Positions 49,852 to 58,202 of a DNA stretch of 64,000 nucleotides are shown here, piece by piece. Each line of letters begins with the position of its first letter. Position 1 is the stretch's first letter. Position numbers and translations under genes: made by a program. Origin of the DNA: a virus (lineage: Duplodnaviria > Caudoviricetes); IMG/VR virus record IMGVR_UViG_3300020577_004796, positions 1 to 64,000 of that record. One strand, 5' to 3'. The notes under the pieces were generated by a model. That model did no database searches. It saw only the letters and a list, made by a program, of their open reading frames with translations, and was not told the DNA's origin.

Positions 49852-49908
49852 AACGAGGTAGTTCAGTGGTAGAATTTGTGTCGGCGTGTTCGATTCCGCC
49901 CCTCGTTA
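49852..49908 (+). ncRNA. 57-nt tRNA-like RNA lacking the anticodon arm
   Basis: AACGAGG/CCTCGTT acceptor, GTTC-AGTGGTA-GAAT D arm, 7-nt linker, GGCG(T)G-TTCGATT-CCGCC T arm, discriminator A. Confidence 0.75.
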
Positions 49909-50327
49909 CTCACTAATACCATAATATGTTTGTATGGAACAAAATAAGAAGTTTATTGACAGTTAGGAATACTGTCTTTTCCAGAAAAAGGTTATGTGAT
50001 ATATGTCATCAGAATGACGGCCACCACCTGTTACTGGACAAGAAAAGCTTAGCATGTCACATTTGCTGGAATAAATGCAACAAGAACAAGTATAGTTACT
50101 ACGGAAAAAAATGAAATGGAAACCACACAACCTAAAGCAAAGAGATACACAGCAGAAACAAACGAATTACCTTTACAACTTGTCTATGATTTTAAAAAAA
50201 CACCATACGATAAGTTTCTGTTGAATAGAATGAAACGAGATCAGAAAGAAAAAACTTTTCATGGATTTAATCGTGACACTCTTTTGCGAAAACTAAAGGA
50301 GTCTCCAAGATTGTCAAAGTTATTAAA

Positions 50328-50789
50328 ATGATATTTGACACAGATCAAGCCCTCACTAATTATTATCAAAACGCTATAAGTGATTTAGTAAAATCAAATG
50401 CGATCATAAACGATGATCAACATGGTAATAATTTATGGGCTTCTAATACTTATGGCAACACATTCTCATTTAATATAAAATGTGCAGAATCTAAAAATAT
50501 ACAAATAGCAGGCTTTTCTCTTGAAAAAATGCCCAGCTGTGATCGTATTTTACTTTCCACCCATTCCTGGGTAAGTAGAAAATATCAAAAAATAGGTTTA
50601 GGCACACTTTTAAATCAAATGCGAATAGATATAGCCAAAAGATTAGGATACAAAATATTAATGTGTACTAATAGAGAAGATAATATAGCACAACGCAGAA
50701 TTCTCTCAAAAAATGGTTGGAAAGATATTTATACCATGCCTGGAGATAAACTCACAGATAATGTATATTTATCAGTAATCGATTTATAA
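50328..50789 (+). CDS. GNAT-family acetyltransferase-like protein
   Basis: V..KYQKIGLGTLL acetyl-CoA binding motif A; N..Q.RIL.KNGW. Confidence 0.7.
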   Translation: MIFDTDQALTNYYQNAISDLVKSNAIINDDQHGNNLWASNTYGNTFSFNIKCAESKNIQIAGFSLEKMPSCDRILLSTHSWVSRKYQKIGLGTLLNQMRIDIAKRLGYKILMCTNREDNIAQRRILSKNGWKDIYTMPGDKLTDNVYLSVIDL

Positions 50790-50907
50790 GTCTATCATAA
50801 TATCCAAAAGATAGCTTACTTTCATCAGTAGAAATACCAAAGTGAAATACAACGTGGGACGTTCTATTTTGTGGGTACTTATTTAAATAAGTATGATGAA
50901 AGGACAT

Positions 50908-50979
50908 GGTGGCATGATGTAATGGACAGCATGAATCTCTTCTAAAGATTTCGTTCCAGTTCGAACCTGGATGCTACTA
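50908..50979 (+). tRNA. trnR: tRNA-Arg (TCT)
   Basis: GGTGGCA/TGCTACT acceptor, AATCT-CTTCTAA-AGATT anticodon arm, TCCAG-TTCGAAC-CTGGA T arm. Confidence 0.92.
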
Positions 50980-51321
50980 CAAAAATAAATTTGGTAAATT
51001 AATATAATAAGAAGTGTGTGGTAGTAAAATCGAACGCTAGAAAGAGGATAGCATTTACATATGTATCCAGATAGATACATCCGTAGCTGAGAATCTCCAC
51101 TATTCCTTATTATATTTATATTTTTTCACTTATCAAAACTCACGTTATGACAAAACAAAAAGTAATCGAGTTCCTTGAAAGACAAGGAGCCAGATGCCGT
51201 TATTCAGGCAAAGAAAAAACATTGTACATACAGCGCCCATCTTCCTGGACAAGTAATTCAGAGATAGTAATAGGGCAGAAGTATGGTATTCTTCCAGACT
51301 TTCAACTAAAGGAGGTAGAAA

Positions 51322-51765
51322 ATGAATGATTCAAATAAACATGCCTTACAGGAAGACGATACTGCACTTGCTAATCTTAAACAGGAGTTAGAGCGTGTCA
51401 TAATCAAAGTAAACTACCATTTTCAATCAGGATATGAAAGACATGTTAATTTACAAACACCTGAATCAATCTTTCTAAATTTTCTTAAAAAGGAAATAAC
51501 GGTAATACCAGCTGCATTTATCTATAGAATTTGTAAAAAAGATTTTATTTTAACAATGCAAGATGGTTTTGTAACCAATTTATCATTTAATGCTCGTTCA
51601 TATAAATATGATTGGAACAACTTAGATTACCGGCTCAGCTTACTTGCAGCCACAGCAAAAACTTTAGATTACAAACATCTAAAAAGTATTTCTCACACAT
51701 TAGATAAGTTTTATCAAGTAATGTCAAAATCAACTCAAGATATTCAAAATTTTTCATTTAAATAA
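51322..51765 (+). CDS. Hypothetical protein
   Basis: 147 aa in a coupled run of ORFs. Confidence 0.55.
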   Translation: MNDSNKHALQEDDTALANLKQELERVIIKVNYHFQSGYERHVNLQTPESIFLNFLKKEITVIPAAFIYRICKKDFILTMQDGFVTNLSFNARSYKYDWNNLDYRLSLLAATAKTLDYKHLKSISHTLDKFYQVMSKSTQDIQNFSFK

Positions 51766-51774
51766 ACAACTAAA

Positions 51775-52212
51775 ATGTCTACAGAAAACACAGTACAGTC
51801 GCAACAAGATGGCGGCAAAGATGCAAAAAGGTTTGATCAGAACTTAAAAAAGTTCATGTCACTTTTCTCTGGAAAAGCCAATCCCTTCAAAAATAAGATC
51901 CCTAACTCTGAAGTTAGCGGATTTATTGATGAGATGCTTGAAGAAAACCGACAAGAAGTTATCGAGCGTTTCAAAGTAAAAGGAAAAGCACTTATCCTGA
52001 AAAAAGTACAATTCGATAAGTTTGTTAAAGAAGAACAAGCTAAGACGGAAAAGGCTATTCTCGAAAAGAAAAAAGAGTTTTCCAAAGAAATGGAAGCTCT
52101 TTTCCAAGAAATGGAAAGCATCGATGAGTTGGCCAAAGGTGTCGCAGATGTAATTGATGATATAACAACAAATGACTCTGCATCAACAGCTGACAGCGTA
52201 TCTAAAGATTAA
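51775..52212 (+). CDS. Hypothetical coiled-coil protein
   Basis: 145 aa, codon-biased. Confidence 0.65.
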   Translation: MSTENTVQSQQDGGKDAKRFDQNLKKFMSLFSGKANPFKNKIPNSEVSGFIDEMLEENRQEVIERFKVKGKALILKKVQFDKFVKEEQAKTEKAILEKKKEFSKEMEALFQEMESIDELAKGVADVIDDITTNDSASTADSVSKD

Positions 52213-52979
52213 ACAAGAACTAATGGATGACTTAAAAGTACAAGTTTATGATGAAGCGCAAGAACGCGTTGAATACATCTTAAACATACTTACAAAATCA
52301 GAGCTTGTTTTAGTACATGATACAGTTGGTGAATGTAACCCAGACATCATCAAAACTGAAAAGGAAAAGTTGGAAATTGCCAAAGATATAGCTCAATGTG
52401 TTTTAGAAGAAGAAATCTTGAGTTATGGCTGGATTCAGCAAATTCTATTTTGGAAGAAATTCAAAAGATTAAACAATGTTTGGGAAGTATTAAACAATGG
52501 TTAAAAAAGAACATATTATACTCAAGGAACCAAATGTTGGGGATTTTGTATTATATGAAAAGTGGAATCCAGTTAGAAAAAGATTACACACCGATGTAGG
52601 AGTAGTAGGAAGGGAATATTACGGAAATGGCCAGTTCATAATCCACGGCGTGCCTAGACCTAAAGATAGTATACTTTTAGTATTAACTTTAGACGGTTAT
52701 TTAGAACAGCAAAATTTACGTAATGTCTCTTCCTCTATTTCTGCGTTACAATCAAAATTCCTATGAGTAAGAAAAACAGAATCAGAACACTATTTTCGGG
52801 AAGTCCACCAAAAAAGAAGCTAACAAAAGAGGAGAAGTGTCGAGCGACACTCGCTTCTCTGGAAGATAAACTAAAGAAAGGGGTTGGTGTTTTACCAGAT
52901 AAGGATATTACAGATTTAAAAAATAAAATCTCTAATTTAGAACACACCCTAGGATTAAGTTACAGTTAGAACTTAACGA

Positions 52980-53381
52980 ATGGAAACTTCTCAAAATGCA
53001 CGTCTACGAGAACGTGCAGAAGCATATCTTACTAATGGTAAGTGGGACCCTTTTAAATCTCAAAGAATAGCTGAGGATTATAAGGAGAAATACATTAACT
53101 TACAAAAACAAAGGAGAAGCAGAAATATAAGAGACTGGATTTTAGAAAATAAAAATGAAATCATAGATTTAAAAGAATTTGAAAGCAATATATCAAAAGT
53201 ATATATTTCAGAAGAAGAAACTATGGTAACAAAAAAACTTTCTCCTTTACAACTCTTTAGGCAACTTCCTAATCCACGCAAACAAATTCGCGAACAAAAC
53301 TTAATTTCTCCTACTCAAGATCGTAAAAAAGTTGATAAAACTCCTTATTATTTAGAACGTAGGGCCATATTAAGTTATTAA
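52980..53381 (+). CDS. Hypothetical protein
   Basis: 133 aa ORF. Confidence 0.5.
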   Translation: METSQNARLRERAEAYLTNGKWDPFKSQRIAEDYKEKYINLQKQRRSRNIRDWILENKNEIIDLKEFESNISKVYISEEETMVTKKLSPLQLFRQLPNPRKQIREQNLISPTQDRKKVDKTPYYLERRAILSY

Positions 53382-53859
53382 AAAATATTTATGGAATACG
53401 GAAAAAAAGATACCGAAATCATAGACTGCAAATGTCCAAATGAGTTTCAAGATAAACGCTACGGTAAAAATCGTAGAGTAGCTAATCATGCTCCCTCCAA
53501 AGGTTCTCAAAAAAATCGTTATAGATGTACTTCTTGTTTAAAAGAAGTAAACGTAAATTAATAACATCCGGGTGAGAATAAGAATAAAAAATTTAAAGGA
53601 CCAATCTAAATCTTCCATTCTTTCCGCAATAATGTTTATATTTAAATCTAATATACATAAAAAGCTAACAGTACGTAGAATGAGAATCTATTTATTGAAA
53701 GCTCAAGTGGTAATAGATGAAGATGAGACAAAAGAATTAATGGATGAGCTATACGAAGACTCAAAAACTAATCCCTGGGTAGATATAAAAAGAGATTTGG
53801 AACTTGGTACTTATTCTTGTGTTTATAGTTTTATTTGATTACATACTAAATTAATTAAA

Positions 53860-54714
53860 ATGTTTTTTAAAAAAAAAGGCAAAAGTAACCCAATGGGTCT
53901 TAGTCCAGAGGATAGGTACTTGAATGACTTATCTCAATTAGAAGCTCTTGAGCTTAAGAAGAGAGAAGAAATTTCACGAAAAGAGGAACAATTAATGCGA
54001 GATCATCCATTAACCTCTTCCGGAAGAATTGTAACTACTCGAGAAAAGCAAAATGCTTTAGTAGAAGAAATACATCAATCTTTTGACTCTGCTTCTGAAG
54101 AAGCACTTAAGGAAGCTCAAAAGATTATTTCTACTATTTCTTTAAATGAAGTAGCATTGCTCAAAAAAGAGCTAGGCTTTACTAGGGCAGCAGGAGTTTT
54201 GGAAAACGAAGGATCTTTAAGAAAAAAACAACGTCTTGAAGAAAAAATACAGATGTTTTCTTATTACCAACAATATTACCCTCAATATAAGTTTATACAA
54301 GAAGACGCTGTAAAAGACTTGTGTATCAAGTATTCACTTGCATTGGGGGACGCATCTCTATACCAAGGGGACATCCCCATGAAAAATCTTCTGGAAATAA
54401 AGAACTTCGATAAGAATTCTATTAAAGAATTTGACCAAGTGTATATTATTTGGTCACATGGGTATGCACGAGCTATATCTAATACTGAATATAACTCAAT
54501 GGTTGCCACTGGTCAATTACTTCGTATGCCACAACAATCTTTTCATATCTGTGCTCCTGCTTCAGAAATGAACATGCAAGGTAAAATACTTGCTAATGGT
54601 TATCAAATAATTGATGCTCTAGTTCTTTATCCAGTAAGGGGTGGTTATATCATCGTAAGCAAATGGGGGAAAGAAGGTGAAGACCCATCTTTAGTAAATG
54701 AAAAAGCTAATTAA
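53860..54714 (+). CDS. Conserved phage protein; paralog of 47044..47931
   Basis: VKDLCIKYSL...YQGDIP, FHICAPA, DALVLY...Y.IVSKWG. Confidence 0.7.
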   Translation: MFFKKKGKSNPMGLSPEDRYLNDLSQLEALELKKREEISRKEEQLMRDHPLTSSGRIVTTREKQNALVEEIHQSFDSASEEALKEAQKIISTISLNEVALLKKELGFTRAAGVLENEGSLRKKQRLEEKIQMFSYYQQYYPQYKFIQEDAVKDLCIKYSLALGDASLYQGDIPMKNLLEIKNFDKNSIKEFDQVYIIWSHGYARAISNTEYNSMVATGQLLRMPQQSFHICAPASEMNMQGKILANGYQIIDALVLYPVRGGYIIVSKWGKEGEDPSLVNEKAN

Positions 54715-55190
54715 AGAAAAACTTAGAGGTGAGTAAGGGACCTTAAAGTAGGTGAGAATCCTACATTTTTATGAAATCTTGGATAAAAAAAATAAAACAG
54801 TATTTTAAAGATAAAGATAATCTGAAGTTTAAGAATAAAATGGAAGTACTTTATAGACAAGAACTGCTTACGCAACCCCATACTTGGGAAATAGGTAATC
54901 TTGATCATGGTAAAGGACGTGCAATTTATGTCTGTTCCAGATGTGAGGAAGCTCATACTATAAAAAGTAATGATTTATTCAACACAGATTCTCATTATCA
55001 AATTTTAAAAAAAACTGTCGGCCCCTGCATTCCAGAAAAACTATCAAATGAACACCTTGAGCTAGGTGGAGAGTCATGAACAAATTTATAAAAAACACTT
55101 TAAAAGCAGTAATAGTTGTTACTGTTCCAGTAGTATTGGTAGGCACTGCCCTATTTCTCCTGGATGAAATAAACTTTAAAAAACAAAAAA

Positions 55191-55703
55191 ATGGAAAGAA
55201 AATCTCCTACTAGAAATCTAGTCGCAGTGAACAGGTCCACTTCTGTTGTAAAATCTACACAAGTAAAACGCGCCGGTAAAATACAAGATTTACCTAAAAT
55301 TCCAGAAAATAAGGAATACAGAGTTATTTTTAACAATGAGATGTCAGAAGTTGAAATAAAACGTGGCTCTAAAGTAATTTGCTCTGCTGCGCTAAGCTTC
55401 GATGATGTAAACTGTTCTTGTGGCATACAAGATGCAGATGGCTTAGGTCAATATGCAAGTATGTTTAAACATTTGGGAGTAAGTTGTCCAAATCGTAAGG
55501 AATTGATAAAAGAAGCACTTCTTTTAAATATACATCATATAAAAGATGAAGAAAATGCAGCTTTTGTTATTGTTTCTAATAACAACCAGAAAGGAAACGA
55601 ATTAATCAACGAAATATGTGATGAAATTTGTATTTCTTGTACTGATTATCGTCCGAACCCTAACATGAACAACGCCACAACCATTCGTGCCTGGTTTATT
55701 TAA
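55191..55703 (+). CDS. Hypothetical protein, tandem paralog 1 (possibly degenerate GNAT-like)
   Basis: SCG, AFVIVSNN, YRPNPN motifs shared with the next gene. Confidence 0.6.
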   Translation: MERKSPTRNLVAVNRSTSVVKSTQVKRAGKIQDLPKIPENKEYRVIFNNEMSEVEIKRGSKVICSAALSFDDVNCSCGIQDADGLGQYASMFKHLGVSCPNRKELIKEALLLNIHHIKDEENAAFVIVSNNNQKGNELINEICDEICISCTDYRPNPNMNNATTIRAWFI

Positions 55704-56267
55704 ATGGAGCCTCGAATATTTAATAGATTCAAGCAGTATCAAACAAATTATGAAAACGTTCACGAACAATTAAGAGAAATAATGAATACACAATCAATAG
55801 CACCCGTTCGTGTAAATCGCGATGGGTCTCCAGATAAGAGATTTAAGGCAAATAAAACCCCTAATCCTGGAACAGCTAATACACAAGAAGTACAAAAAGA
55901 AGCTCCTGAATGGACTTATGCATTAAATGCAAACGGATATACTTTTCAAAATAAAAGTAAAGCAATAATACATACTACTGCGTTATCTATTTCTGGCGCC
56001 TCTATTTCTTGTGGAGTTAGGCAATTAAGTAATGTTAGTAGCTTATCCAGAGCAGTGGCTATAGGTGTGCCAAGGCCACTTGTTATGCAAGCTTTATCTG
56101 AATTCATTGTCAAATGTAAAAAAGATAATAAATCAGCATATTTAATAGTTTCTAATAATGATAGAGCTAAAGAATCAAATGACATGATTAAAGAAATTGC
56201 CGTAACAAAAACAGAATACAGACGCAATCCAAATAGCGGAAATCCTGTATTTGTAGCTGTACTTTAA
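55704..56267 (+). CDS. Hypothetical protein, tandem paralog 2 (possibly degenerate GNAT-like)
   Basis: SCG, AYLIVSNN, YRRNPNSGN. Confidence 0.6.
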   Translation: MEPRIFNRFKQYQTNYENVHEQLREIMNTQSIAPVRVNRDGSPDKRFKANKTPNPGTANTQEVQKEAPEWTYALNANGYTFQNKSKAIIHTTALSISGASISCGVRQLSNVSSLSRAVAIGVPRPLVMQALSEFIVKCKKDNKSAYLIVSNNDRAKESNDMIKEIAVTKTEYRRNPNSGNPVFVAVL

Positions 56268-56271
56268 TAAA

Positions 56272-56303
56272 TTTGGTAGATTGACAGATTTTTAGTATCT
56301 TTG
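56272..56303 (+). promoter_or_regulatory. Bacteroidota primary-sigma promoter
   Basis: TTTG-N20-TATCTTTG upstream of the nin-like/replication genes. Confidence 0.75.
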
Positions 56304-56309
56304 TATTCT

Positions 56310-56681
56310 ATGCAAAGAAAACTAAAAACCTGTTCTGTCTGTGGTAAAGAATGCTACTTATTCTCGCATGGTCGTTGTAAACAATGTGCCGCAAAAGACT
56401 ATAAGAAACCCACCTCTTCTGGGAAAGTAAAACCTATTTCTGATAAGAGAAAAAAAAGATTAGAGAAATATAAAGAAATAAGAGATAAATTCTTAAAAGA
56501 CAACCCCGTATGCATGTTTCCTGGATGTAAGTCCAAAGAAGTAGAATGTCATCATGCTTCAGGAAGAAGTGGAGATTCATTATTTAACGATTTAATAAGT
56601 CTTTGTAGACAACATCATATTTGGGTAGAGACACATCCCAAAGAAGCTAAAGAACTAAATTTATCAAAAACAAGACTATGA
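56310..56681 (+). CDS. Zn-finger / HNH-like (NinG-like) protein
   Basis: C..C...C..C N-terminus, then C....C.....HH..GR......LCR.HH. Confidence 0.65.
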   Translation: MQRKLKTCSVCGKECYLFSHGRCKQCAAKDYKKPTSSGKVKPISDKRKKRLEKYKEIRDKFLKDNPVCMFPGCKSKEVECHHASGRSGDSLFNDLISLCRQHHIWVETHPKEAKELNLSKTRL

Positions 56682-56859
56682 ATAAATATCGCAAACGTAC
56701 ATATATATTAATCTGTTTAATACTATTCATAATCATATTTAGTTATTTATGGTTTACAGATCATGGCGCGCAAATGTCTAGAAAAGATTGGTTGGGTATA
56801 GTACTAATAGAAATAGTAGCTCAACTTGGTATTTTTTATATGGAAAAAGATGAAACTTT

Positions 56860-57177
56860 ATGAGATTTTTCTTAGATAAAAAAGATAAATCTTTACCAGA
56901 AGGGGTTGAGCGCACCCTCACCAACCTGGAAAAGGGAAAATATTTAATAATAATACATTCCCTAGACACAACAACTGAGTCTGTTCTAAGAAGATATTAT
57001 TTCACCTTAGTAGACAACGTTTCTTCATTTTCAGGAGATACAAATCAAGTAATACATACAAGATTCAAGAAACATCAAGAAATAAATAGTACAAAAGATT
57101 TTAAAGTAGAAGATTGGAAAGTATTTATTGATGATTTTAAACAGTATATTTTCTATAAGTTAGATTACTTATTATGA
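56860..57177 (+). CDS. NinB-like protein
   Basis: RYYF.LV..VS..SG.....IH..FK...ST pattern. Confidence 0.5.
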   Translation: MRFFLDKKDKSLPEGVERTLTNLEKGKYLIIIHSLDTTTESVLRRYYFTLVDNVSSFSGDTNQVIHTRFKKHQEINSTKDFKVEDWKVFIDDFKQYIFYKLDYLL

Positions 57178-58202
57178 TTAAAAACATGTTAGAAACAGTA
57201 ATTCCTATGCGGGAATTAAAGAAAGCTGGAGAGGTTGATGTTCCTACAATGGCTCCAGAGGTTAGGTATGATTATCTGACTATCTACGATCAAATGGGTA
57301 AAGTCTTGGCCAGGAGTAACGGGCACGCCATGAATAGTACAATAAGGCTTGTATATCATGGAGTGATGTTTATAGCTACACCAGGGCATGAGGACGCGGA
57401 AATATCCATTGAATTCTTTGGATTATCAGAACAAATAAGCAAAGAAGAAGAATACGCTAATTTACATTTAATACACTGAATATGACACCAGAAAAAAGTG
57501 AGGTAGTAGTAAGCGTTCTAGCTACAATTCTGTTTTTTGTAATTTTATTAATAATATTCAGTACAATTTAACTACATTAAGCGAAAAAGGGTTTGTAGTA
57601 GGTATAAAGACGAGTAACCCTGAGATAATATCAAAACCCCTTAAGACCGCTCTAGATTATACTAATGTAGTTAAACCCCATAAGCCTGGAAAAGAACAAA
57701 AGAATGAACATAACACAAGAAGGAGAAGAACAAGAGAAGATGAAAAAGAAAAGTATAAAAGGAACAACACCCCCTGTTGATCCAAGAACTGACAGAGATT
57801 CAAATAAAAAAGTAAAGAATACTCTCCATGCATTAGGTATGAAGAAGATTGAAGAAGAAATAAAAGCAATACGTAATTCAGACAATGACAACATTTAATA
57901 GGAATAAACTTGTTTGTCAAAAAATGGAAGACCTTCTAGAAACAATAAAAGAAGCTAATGAAGATAACACTTGGAAAAGAGGGCAGCTATACTGTATAAT
58001 TGAAATCTTAGAAGACGAAATGGATGATATAGAACTAAAGGGGGTAGAAGGTTGAAAAATAAAAAGGAAACAGTTGTTATTCTTGTTGAAGAACTTGTTA
58101 GAGATAGTAAATTCTTACAATGTCTATATCGCGCTGGTATAGATAAATGGGAAGGATTTGAAGTAGCTCGTAAAGAATTTTTACAAAAAGAAAAGGAGGT
58201 GA

